DNA from: Octopus bimaculoides
Taxonomy: Eukaryota
DNA length: 64,000 nt
Assembly (NCBI RefSeq): GCF_001194135.2
Contig: NC_068994.1
Location: 4,217,553-4,281,552, forward strand
Direction: 5' to 3'
The notes under the pieces are model-generated. The model searched no databases and was not told where the DNA came from. It worked only from the letters and a program-made list of their open reading frames with translations. Below, piece after piece: positions 1-10,199 of this stretch. The position numbers were made by a program, and so were the translations under genes. How positions within the stretch are numbered: position 1 is the stretch's first letter; every line of letters starts with the position of its first letter.

Positions 1-399
1 GGGTCTCTTCAAAAAACCCTTCCAAGCTTATTTATTTTCTGTTTTAATATTGCTTTTAATACAAAACTCTGAGACTGCCCCCTGTCTCTTTGATAAAAAC
101 TTCTTGATTCAAAATCATTGCCCCTCAATTGTTTTTTCCCCCCTTTGATTCCTATTTTATTCTTGTGGACCTTCATGGCCATTTGAGGTTTAAAAGAATT
201 CTTGTAATTGAATATTATCAGGAATTGTATTTAAAAAATGTTAAAATATCATTTTGTGTATTGTAGAATAATAATAATAATATTTTAACTGACAAAATCT
301 TATAAGGACCCTCAAAGGTCATGTGAACACCAGCTGTAAAATTATTTACTGTTTTAATTTAAACCTTTTTGATACAAAACTCTTTGAAACTGCTACCTC

Positions 400-1185
400 T
401 GTCCTCTTTATTACGAATTTCTTTCCATTAAAATTTTCGTGTTAATTTATGTTCCAAATGAAGTTATGCTACTAAATTGTTCATTATTTTCAAAATTTAT
501 TGTAACAAAGACTTGTATTTAAATAGAAATATGTTAAGAGGGTGACAGTGATCTAAATTAAAAACCTTCCATGAAAATTTCATGTTAATTTATGTTCAAA
601 ACACAGCTGAATTTTTGGCAAATTATATTTCTAAATTCTTCATTATTCTCCAAATTAATTGAAAGCAAAAGTAGTTTATTTCAGCAGAAACAAGGTTAAA
701 GTGATCTAAATTAAAAACTTCCATCAAAATTTCATATTAATTTGTTCCAAATACTATTAATAATGATGACAAAAAGTATTTTTTAAAAATACCTTCATTA
801 TTTTCAAAATTAACTGAGACAGTGGTATTTCAAGAGAAATATGGTAACTAAAGGGTTAAAGTAATCTAACTAACCTTCTTCCATCAGGATTTTGTATTAA
901 TTTATGTTCCAAACACTAGCCTTAATTTGCGCTAATCATTTACTAGACAGTTCAAAATTAATTGAATCAGAGTTAGTTTATTTCAACAGTGGTATTGTAA
1001 CAAAAGGGTTAAAATGATCTAAATTACAAACCTTCCATCACAATTGCATGTTTAATTTATGTTTAAAACATCAGCTTTTTTAAGATGGACAAAGTGGTTT
1101 TGCTAAATTCTTCATCATATTCGAAATTGATTTAAACAACACTCAGTGTGTTTCAACAGAAATATTTTGACAAAAAGGTCAAAAC
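400..1185 (+). repeat. Tandem array of about 5 diverged ~155-165 bp units (repeat family E)
   Basis: Recurring AA(G)GGTTAAAGTGATCTAAATTAAAACCTTCCATCAAAATT-like junctions near 540, 695, 855, 1008 and 1178; the same unit is dispersed at ~7960-8131, ~49305-49470 and ~56560-56740. Confidence 0.8.
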
Positions 1186-1225
1186 ATCAGACACAAAATA
1201 TTCCACTTGCCTCAACAACAAAGTT

Positions 1226-1535
1226 CTCTAGCCTCAGGCCAATCAAAGTCTTGTGAGTGGATTTGGTAGACGGAAACTGAAAGAAGCCTGTCATATATCT
1301 ATTTATGTATATATTTATGTGTGTGTCTATGTTTGTACCCCGTCATCACTTGACAACCAATGCGGGTGTGTTTATGTCCCTATAACTTAGCAGTTTGGTA
1401 AAACAGACCAATAGAATAAGTACTAGGCTTACAAAGAACAAGTCCTGGGGTCGATTTTTTGGACTAAAAACCTTTCAGGCAGTGCTCCAGCATGGCTGCA
1501 GTCAAATGACTGAAACAAGTAAAAGAATATAAGAG
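1226..1535 (+). mobile_element. SINE family A, 5'-truncated copy
   Basis: GAGTGGATTTGGTAGACGGAAACTGAAAGAAGCC...TA/TG microsatellite...CAGTGCTCCAGCATGGCTGCAGTCAAATGACTGAAAC; matches the copies at 19635 and 24950. Confidence 0.85.
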
Positions 1536-1939
1536 AAAATTTTGGGGTACTCAAAGTCTGTGGCAAAAAGAGAAAAAAAACACTGGAATTTTGAAGTAAT
1601 CACACACAATCAACTGAAGATGACTTCTTTGTCGGGAAAATGTCTGGACAACACTTTTGTTCTTTCTGTCTGTGTTTCTTGGTGTGAATAGAGGTTTGCA
1701 GTAATGTTTTATAACCTAAGACAAATTTCCTGCAAGGCTGTCAATTGAGAATGACATGTGGGTGTGTCTTTCTGAAACTCTATCTGTAATTGAGTTACTC
1801 ATTATAAAGAACCAACCTATTCCATCTAATTAAAATTGTCGTCGTCATCATCATCATCCTTTAATGGACATCAAAGGAGGAGGATGATGTAATATTAAAT
1901 TAAATTCATTTCATATATAGGAACAAGATCAGAGATTTA

Positions 1940-2660
1940 AGGAGAAGGTGCAGTTGATTATATTGGCCCCAGTACATGACTGGTATTTCATTTTATTGAC
2001 CCTGGAAGAAATGATAGGCTGACTAAAATATGGGACTTTGCTTTTTATCCTTTCGGGATTGATGAAATAGGCGTACTACGGTCACTGTAATCGACTGGCC
2101 CCATCCCCCAAAATTTCAGACCCTGTGCCTATAACCGAAAGGATTATTCTTGTTGTTGTAGAGTTCAGATGTCACCAGGGTCGTTTCAGAATTGATAAAA
2201 TAAGTACCGGTTATGTACTGGGGTCGATGTAATCGTTTTACCGCGTCCCTTGAAATTGCTGGCCTTGCACCAAATTTTGAAATAGTTGTTGTTGTTGTTA
2301 AGGCGGTGAGGCGGCAGAATCGTTAGCACACTGGGCGAAATGTTTAGCAGTATATCACTTGCCACTACGTTCTGAGTTCAAATCCTGCTGAGGTTGATTT
2401 TGCTTTTTATCTTTTTTGGGGTCAATAAATTGAGTACCAGTCAAGTACTGGGGTTCGATGTGATCAACTATACCCCTCCCCACAAATTGCAGGCCTTGTA
2501 CCTACAGTAGAAAGGATTATCATTATTGTTGCTAAGGGGTAGAAGAGAGCTGGCAGGGTCACTATGGTAGCTGACAAATGACTTCTTTTCTTCTACTTGT
2601 CGCATTCTGAGTTCAAACACCACTGAAGTCAACATGACTTTCCATCCTTTCGGGTAAAGC
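1940..2660 (+). mobile_element. Cluster of 4-5 head-to-tail fragments of SINE family B
   Basis: Repeated TTCTGAGTTCAAA (B-box-like) and TTTATC(C)TTT(C)GGGGTC(G)ATAAA..AGTACC..TACTGGGGTCGATGTAATCG modules separated by (TTG)n/(ATT)n tails. Confidence 0.75.
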
Positions 2661-3360
2661 CAGGCGGCGGTGGGGTTGTTTTAGTTTTACAAGTTGCAAG
2701 GTATTATCCACAGTGCTGCCCCCACCCCCCACCCAATGCTCTGTAAAGTGATTGGTAATAAGCAAGGGAATCCGACCATAGACAATCTGCCAAAAATGAC
2801 ATTGGAACTTGACTTGCCAAACGTCTTCAACCTCTTCAAATTGGAAAGCAGACATCAAATAATGATGAAAATGTTATGTATGCGCACGTGTGTGTATGTG
2901 TGTATAAACCTGTATAAACCTTGTAATGTAGTTTATTTTTCAGTTTATTTAATAATGTTTTTTTTTTCTATTTTTATTACAGGTTCTGCAGACTGGACTT
3001 GAACTTTTGGACATTTGACCAGTTCCACATACACACACAAATATATATATATATGTGTGTGTGTGTGTGCGTACAGCAGTCTGCTTGTGTACCTGTTTGC
3101 CCAGCTGTCTAATTAATTGACTCTTCTTCATTTCTTTATAACATAAACAAGTAAACTCGACAAAACTCACACAGGGAACTCTTCACTCATACTCCACTCA
3201 TTTCTCATCCATACTCATCTCATGTACATGTTGATAATGGATCCATATCTCCCAAAGACGTGTACTTGTAAATAACACTGCATGCCTCTCCATTTGATTT
3301 CTAATCAATTTAAATTGCAGAGTTCTCTCCCTTGCCTGTCATGACAAGAACTGTCACTAA

Positions 3361-3387
3361 TGCTAATTACTCTTCTTATCGTCACAG
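3361..3387 (+). other. Candidate 3' splice acceptor upstream of ZNF-A (alternative candidate at 2961-2982)
   Basis: TGCTAATTACTCTTCTTATCGTCACAG|G has a CTAAT branch motif, pyrimidine tract and CAG; a second candidate is TTTTTTTCTATTTTTATTACAG|G ending at 2982. Confidence 0.45.
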
Positions 3388-3826
3388 GTGTAGTTTCAAT
3401 TGATTAAAAGAGAAAAAAAAAATCACTTTTCTGACCCAGAACATTTAAATAATATGTTAGCTTCTGCTACTTAACTAACAATGATATTTCTAGTTATATG
3501 TTGACATGAGGTCAGTAGAGATCGCTAAAACTGGAAAATCCTTGGCCAAACTGACTTAGATATGTTCGTTTCAGAGTTTACATAAGAGAAAGAAAACTGA
3601 TTCCTTTTTTTTTTTCTTTTTTTTTTTTTTTTTTCAAAAAACTCAAACAAAACATAACTCTCTCTTTCCCTTCCTCTCTCTCTCTTACCAAAATACTTGA
3701 TGTTGGTGTTATTGTTGTGTTCGTGAGGTAAAAAAGGATCAGGAGACACGTATATATATATATATACACATATATATATATTAGGGGTTGGGTGAAAGGA
3801 AAACACCTTAAGTTTGGAAAACAAGG

Positions 3827-6148
3827 ATGGAGAAGACTTCATCTGATAAATCGGGGAAAAACCTGGTCTCCAACACCAGCGATCGGAACCACCCTCATAG
3901 CATTTGTTCAGCAAGCAGCAGCAATGGTACCAGCTGTGCGAATAGTCCGAGCCATGTCACTGCCGCCATCAACATGCATTCAAAGCAGTTCATGCAGCAT
4001 TATCCATGGCAGGCTCAACGCTTCCCTCACGTCCCCGACAAGTCGTGGTGCAGTGAGATATACAGCAACCAGTTTGCTCAGCGTTGCTACTTACAGTCTC
4101 ATGGTATTTTCCCATCAGCTGGCACTACTGCTGCGGGCAGTTGCTCCGAGAAGGCTTTCCACTGCGCCGCCAGCTACATGAACCAGTTCACGCAGCGGTG
4201 TTTCCTGCAAACGCACGAACGGCTGCAGAACTTCGATAAACAGGCAATGGATGTTAACGACTACATGAAACACTTGCATGGGGGCACGTACCAGCCGAAA
4301 CACTGCCAGGCTGCTAACAACAATAGCATAGTGAGTAGTGGTTGTGGTGGTGGGAGTAGTTGTAGTGTTGGGGGTGGTGGCAGCTGTAGCATTGGCGGTG
4401 GCGGTGGTGGTGGTGGAGGTAGTTGTGGTGGTGTTGGTGGTGGTAGTAGTAGCTGTAGTGTTAACCTGACCAGTAACAGCAGCTGCGGCAACACCAACCA
4501 TCGCAATAGCGTATCCAGCAGCAGCAACAACAACAATAACAACACTAACAGCAACAATAACAACAACAACAACAACAACAACACCAGCAGCAGTAACGGC
4601 AACACATCGGTTTATCCAAAGCAAGTAGCTCAGGTACAGCATGCTGTGAAAACACAGCCACCCTCTTCACCAAACACAAAGGTGCCACTTCAGCAGCCCC
4701 ATCACATGCTCCTTCTGCAACCCCCTCCACCCATCGAGAAACCCTTCCACTGTGACCTTTGTCCAAAACAGTTTGCACGTAGGAATACGTTACAAATGCA
4801 CAAACGCATTCACACAGGTGAGAAGCTGTTCCATTGCAGCTACTGCGACAAGCGATTCGTGCACCGAGATAAACTTCAAATACATGAGCGGACTCATACG
4901 GGAGAGAAACCGTTTCATTGCACTTACTGCACGAAACAGTTTTCTCGTAAGGACAAATTAAAGATTCACGAGTGCTCTCACACGGGATTAAAACCTTATC
5001 ACTGCAGCTACTGCGACAAACGGTTTGTCCAAAGAGAAAAACTTAAGATTCACACAAGGATCCACACGGGAGAACGTCCATATTCGTGTGACATTTGTTT
5101 CAAGCAATTTGCTCGCGGTGATAAGCTTCAAATTCATCGTAGAACTCACACAGGAGAGAAACCATTCCACTGTGAATACTGTCCGAAAAACTTTGTCCAG
5201 CGTGATAACTTGGTTATACACAGAAGGACCCATACTGGGGAGAAACCATTTTCTTGTGAAGTATGTTCAAAGCGATTTGCTCGCGGTGATAAGTTGCAAA
5301 TCCATCGTAGAACACATACGGGAGAGAAACCGTTCCATTGTGAATACTGTCCGAAGACTTTTGCTCAAAGAGATAATTTAGTCATACATAGAAGAACCCA
5401 TACAGGAGAGAAGCCCTTCTCCTGTGAATTCTGTCCCAAGCAGTTCTCTCGGAGTGATAAGCTCCAGTTGCATCGCAGGACTCACACGGGTGAGAAATTG
5501 TTCCATTGTAAGTATTGTTCAAAGCAGTTTGTTCAAAGGGACAAACTTCAGATCCATGAACGAACTCACACAGGCGAGAAGCCGTTTCACTGTGAGATTT
5601 GTTCAAAGAAGTTTGCTCGTAAAGACAGGCTGCAAATCCACAAGAAGACGCACACTGGTGAGAAGCCCTTCCACTGCGACCTTTGCCCGAAGCAGTTTGC
5701 ACAGCGAGACAACTTGAAAATTCACCGGAGGATACATACCGGTGAGAAGCCTTTCCACTGCGAAATCTGTTCGCGCCAGTTTGCCAGAAAGGACAAATTG
5801 CAGATTCATCGGAAAACTCACATGATTGAGAAAGTTTCGTTCAACTGCGACATATGCCACAAGCAATGTGAATCAAAAGAAATGTTGATGAGTCACCAGC
5901 AATTAAATCATGCACCACCACCTCCGCCGCCGCCACCACCACCACCACCACCACCCCTCACCAATAACGACACCTCACATTTATGCTGCCAGGTTTGTAA
6001 TCGGGAATTTGCAACTGTCGAGAAGTTACAAAATCATGAAAAGACACATAAACCAGTGAGAAATAATTTTCTGAAACCCACATCGTGTAAGAATATCAAG
6101 GAATACACCCCAATGAGTACATTGCTGTGGCAATCTATCTACCCCTAA
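3827..6148 (+). CDS. C2H2 zinc-finger protein ZNF-A (773 aa; 13 tandem Kruppel-type fingers plus 2 C-terminal fingers; Gly/Ser/Cys, Asn and Pro tracts)
   Basis: Uninterrupted ATG-TAA ORF. 13 repeats of CxxC-x3-F-x5-L-x2-H-x3-H with TGEKP-type linkers at 4742-5821, then [22 protein letters not shown] and [21 protein letters not shown]. Confidence 0.96.
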   Translation: MEKTSSDKSGKNLVSNTSDRNHPHSICSASSSNGTSCANSPSHVTAAINMHSKQFMQHYPWQAQRFPHVPDKSWCSEIYSNQFAQRCYLQSHGIFPSAGTTAAGSCSEKAFHCAASYMNQFTQRCFLQTHERLQNFDKQAMDVNDYMKHLHGGTYQPKHCQAANNNSIVSSGCGGGSSCSVGGGGSCSIGGGGGGGGGSCGGVGGGSSSCSVNLTSNSSCGNTNHRNSVSSSSNNNNNNTNSNNNNNNNNNNTSSSNGNTSVYPKQVAQVQHAVKTQPPSSPNTKVPLQQPHHMLLLQPPPPIEKPFHCDLCPKQFARRNTLQMHKRIHTGEKLFHCSYCDKRFVHRDKLQIHERTHTGEKPFHCTYCTKQFSRKDKLKIHECSHTGLKPYHCSYCDKRFVQREKLKIHTRIHTGERPYSCDICFKQFARGDKLQIHRRTHTGEKPFHCEYCPKNFVQRDNLVIHRRTHTGEKPFSCEVCSKRFARGDKLQIHRRTHTGEKPFHCEYCPKTFAQRDNLVIHRRTHTGEKPFSCEFCPKQFSRSDKLQLHRRTHTGEKLFHCKYCSKQFVQRDKLQIHERTHTGEKPFHCEICSKKFARKDRLQIHKKTHTGEKPFHCDLCPKQFAQRDNLKIHRRIHTGEKPFHCEICSRQFARKDKLQIHRKTHMIEKVSFNCDICHKQCESKEMLMSHQQLNHAPPPPPPPPPPPPPPLTNNDTSHLCCQVCNREFATVEKLQNHEKTHKPVRNNFLKPTSCKNIKEYTPMSTLLWQSIYP

Positions 6149-6799
6149 TTTTGATAATACATTGGGTTTGTTACAGATTAATTTAGCACCTTAACACTTG
6201 GCATTGTTCTACTTGCCTGTTTGATGGAAAAAAGAAAAGAAAAAAATATGTATTGGCTATGATTCTAAAAAGTAATTGGGATCCAGCTATAAAATGAATG
6301 CTTGAAAAAAAAAAAATACTTGCAGATGTCTGCATTTACAGAACTATCCAACCCATGCTAGCTAGTATGGATAATCAAGAGGATGTAATCATGTGAAATG
6401 TCTAAAAATAATGGTCAAACATCCACAACATAAATCAAGAGATTGATTATAAATTTACAGTGGAGCAAGTGCATCGTTAATTAATTGACAAGGGAGATCC
6501 AACTGCTTAATTAATCATTTGCTCTGAAAATGTTGAGACAAATCTGAATCTGCCCTGCCTATCCAATAGGGGTACATCTATGCAGTTCATCAGCCTGTTA
6601 AAATAACAGCCAAATTCCCTGACATACACTTAAAAAAAAAGGACACAATGGGTAGTGTAATCCTTAAATACACAAAAGGATGGGGTTGTCCCAGCTGGAG
6701 CTCCTTTGATTATATGTCTGCTGGTTCAGAATTGATTTGGGGCTAAGTGAAATAATAATAATAGCCACATCATATCTGCTGGACAGAAAGAGACATTGA

Positions 6800-7250
6800 T
6801 ATGAAATAAGTGTTTAACAAATATGCAAAGAGCTCAACACTGAAAGATGAAAAGTTTTAACATGACAAATCAGTGAAGCAGAAGAGAAACTTCCATGATA
6901 AATGGTGGATGAGAGGAAACAGAAGACAGTTGCTATGGTATGTCGATGGCAGTGACGCTGAAAATAAAGATGGTCAAAGAAAACAGAATCAAATGATGAC
7001 AATCAAAAGTGTTTCAGGTGTCGGATTATTTTAGAGTTGATGTAATGAAGCTTGATCTATATAATAAACGTTTTTGGTGGGGTGAACTGTTAAAACAAGT
7101 AAGCTGCTTACTGACCTTTGAATATATTATGCAGAAACAAAGAGTGGAGCAGTTGTGTATCTCCAGGTGAATAGGAAGAAGTGAAGGCTTTTGTAGACAT
7201 CTGTGAGGATATTTCATGAGAAGAAAGTTTTAGCTTCTTACTCGTCGGAG
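6800..7250 (-). mobile_element. Degenerate RTE-like reverse transcriptase relic
   Basis: Minus-strand peptides VFCFLSSTIYHGS (resembles FKYLGSTIS) and KTFHLSVLSSL (resembles KVYxAxVLSSLLYG); many stops. Confidence 0.35.
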
Positions 7251-7437
7251 TGACTCTCATGTGGATGTTTTAAACAATAATTGAAGAAAACACAAACAAT
7301 GGCACAAGACTAGGCTTTACCTGAAGATTCATTACAAATAAAAATGATTGCCATGAGATCTGGCCTTACCTACAAGATTCATTATAAAAAAAAATTAAAA
7401 AAAATTTTTTTTAATTAAAACCACCAATAGCACAAAG

Positions 7438-7680
7438 TGCCGGCTGTGTTCTGATGGTGAAACAGTTAACAATATCATTGCTGAATGTCCAGTCTTGGCA
7501 TGAGTGGTATTCGAGCCGACCGAATATGTTTATTGGACAACATTCAAGAGAAATTCATGGTAAATGTTACTTCCACATCCTGACAGCAGAGACCACCTTC
7601 AGCCAAAGATTTTGTATGGTCTTATTAACATTGGTGGAGATATTAATGACAACAGACCAGACATAGTTATCTATGATTGA
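7438..7680 (+). mobile_element. Relic of an RLE-type (R4/NeSL/CRE-like) non-LTR retrotransposon: CCHC knuckle plus restriction-like endonuclease motif
   Basis: Same-frame CRLCSDGETVNNIIAECPVLA (CxxC..ETxxHIxxxCP motif with H replaced by N) at 7438 and NRPDIVIYD (RPD motif) at 7651, with an in-frame stop between them. Confidence 0.65.
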
Positions 7681-8128
7681 AAATAATTAAATCTATCAAT
7701 CAATAAAATCTTAAAACGAAATTTTGGGAAGTTCAAGGACTTGCTACAGGGATTTTGAAAATGTGAAGAACAAAAGTGAAATGATTTCATACATTTTAAA
7801 AGTTGCAAGTGTAAAGTGTACAACTTAGAAGTTTTTCTACCAGGCATGGCTCATACGACATGTGAAGTATTGGATGTAACCAAGATGGTGATAAGTTGTT
7901 AAAAAGTTTTGTGACACCTTTTTTGGTACCAACCTGCCTGAGATCAGACCTGGTTCTATGATACAAACTTTCTTATTGTGATCTAAATTTAAATCTTCCA
8001 TCAAAATTCCATGTTGATTTGTTCCAAACACCAACTGAATAATGACAGTCGTTTTACTAGATTCTTCATAATTTTCATAATTAATTGACACAAACAGTGT
8101 ATTTCAACAGAAATTTGGCAACAAAAAG

Positions 8129-8357
8129 GTTAAACCTTCAGCGTTTAAACCACCCATACCTGGCCCAAATATCTTATGTGATTTATGTTGAAAACGGCCA
8201 GGTCTGACCTCTCATACCTATTCTACAGTGTCATTCTATAAATAAGGAATTACAGCATCAAAATCTCAAAGCAACAACATAATACATCGTTGATTCAGAA
8301 CAATGTGAATAAATAAGCATCACATGTGACAGAATAACATGAATGCTACAGGGCTAA
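8129..8357 (+). mobile_element. Diverged copy of the piggyBac-like MITE (family F)
   Basis: Starts TTAAACCTTCAGC, ends GAATGCTACAGGGCTAA; interior resembles 62849-63074. Confidence 0.55.
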
Positions 8358-8958
8358 ACTTGGTGTCTGACACCAAAACCTGTCTAAGATTAATGCTATG
8401 TACATTATTGGTAGAACTGCAAAAGAAGGGAGACGTGAAAAAGAAAAAAAAAAACAGTAATAACCTCATGCTGGAAACCTGCAGAAGATTGAAGTGGGAA
8501 TTACTGAAATTTCACTTAAGTTTAACAAAGTTTTTGTCTGATATTTCTTGGTTCATCATGGCCATCAATTAAGACAACAATAATAATATCACAGATGAGG
8601 CCAGTGAAACAGCTTCAAATATTCATCCTTTAAAACAAAACTTGAACATTCAGTTGAATCACTCCTTGTGGTTATAATATTGTTTCTTGAATGGCCTTCT
8701 AAGGACGAAAATCCCCCCACATATATAAAACGAACCGAAAATTTTCTGGTTTCCTTCTAAAACTCTCTGGAAACCATTTCTGAGACAACCCAAAACACAT
8801 ATTTCTAACTCAGGACTTTGTGTATGTCAATCTTTTCTTCTCGAGCTTTCAGTCATTCAAGTCCATCTCAAATTTTACATTTTTCCCTAATGTGTAATTT
8901 TAAATAAAAGCAGGGCTGTTAAATAAAAACGCCCATGTGTATAAGCCTAACAGATGCA

Positions 8959-8995
<37 letters not shown>

Positions 8996-9519
8996 GCATA
9001 TATATATATACACACACATGTATATATACAGACACACACACATATATATATATATATACAATCATAAAGGAGTTGAAGTAGTGGAATGGATATGACCACC
9101 ACTTTGGCTAACGAGTCCCGATTCTCATGTCTCATCCTTAGTGCTGCTTTTGATTTCCCCCTGGACAAGGCACTGGCCCCGACCCCTTCCCCTGTCACAT
9201 TCACCTTGTTATAGACCAGAGCAGGTAACAAAATCGTGAAAGAGAGAGAGAGAGTGTGAAATAAAGTGAGGATGAGGGCTGCCATCCAACATGAAAAATT
9301 GTCAAAGGAGTTTGGTGAAGGCCAAACTTATCCAAAATAATGAAGAACTTTAGATCGGACTGGGTGACATCTTAAAACTGATTAAAAAACATTTTATTAT
9401 TGTAGATATTGTCAAATGTCTGTGAGAATTTTCTGGAACTTACAGTAACAAAATATATATAAAAATATAACTGATCAAAAATCTTGTTTCTTTTTTTGTT
9501 TTTTGTTTTATCTTTTTAT

Positions 9520-9860
9520 TTTACATGTTTAAGCCATTGGACTGTGGCCAACCTGGAGCAACATCTCGATGGATTTTTTTTTTTTTTAAACAAATTGACC
9601 TCATTTTTTAAAGTCTGGTACTTATTCAATTGGGGTCTTTTGCTGAACTGCTCAGTTACAGGAATTTAGGCAAATCAGTGCCAGTTATCAAGGAGGGCAT
9701 AAACACACACATACAATGGTTTTCTGCATAGTTTCCATCTACCAAATTCACTGACAAGGCATTGGTTAGCCCAGAGCTATTGTAGAAGACATTTGCCCAA
9801 GTTGCTCCAGTGGGTCTGAACCTGAGACCATATTCTTACAAAGCAAGCTTCTTAACCACT
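9520..9860 (-). mobile_element. SINE family A, diverged copy
   Basis: Reverse complement of the family A tail and body (GCTGAACTGCTCAGTTACAGG...GAAGACATTTGCCCAAG). Confidence 0.7.
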
Positions 9861-10199
9861 CGCCCACTGTCATTGACCACGTCAGCGATTTTAGTTTGTT
9901 TAAACTTGCCTCAATAGGTCTTCACAAGCAAAATTCATTGTCCAATGAATGAGGGGTACTCAGAAGTGGGCCGGTTACACGTCCTCTTATATTTTCATTA
10001 ACTGTTTAAGGTGTTCATGTTGTTGCAAGTAGACATAGGCATCCTCTCAACTGATTTTTCCCATTCTTTGGCCCAGCATCACGTCCAGTATATGACAGCT
10101 GATAAGGGGCACTGAGGGTATTATGTGGCCATGAAGTGGGTGGTGGCCCCAAAATGTTTGAGAACCACTGGTGTATATGAATGGTTTTTGAGAGTTGAT

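Noticed and set aside
4049-4228. Idea that A-to-I editing (TAC to TGC, Tyr to Cys) restores the fossil fingers
   Set aside because: Editing could restore the second Cys, but the last His is also missing (GIFP, ERLQ) and A-to-I cannot create it, so a canonical finger cannot be rebuilt.
4115-5866. Antisense and alternate-frame ORFs over ZNF-A (and equivalents over ZNF-B, -C and -D, e.g. 13913-14922, 53829-54701)
   Set aside because: Shadows of repetitive finger codons and trinucleotide tracts; low-complexity products with no domain features.
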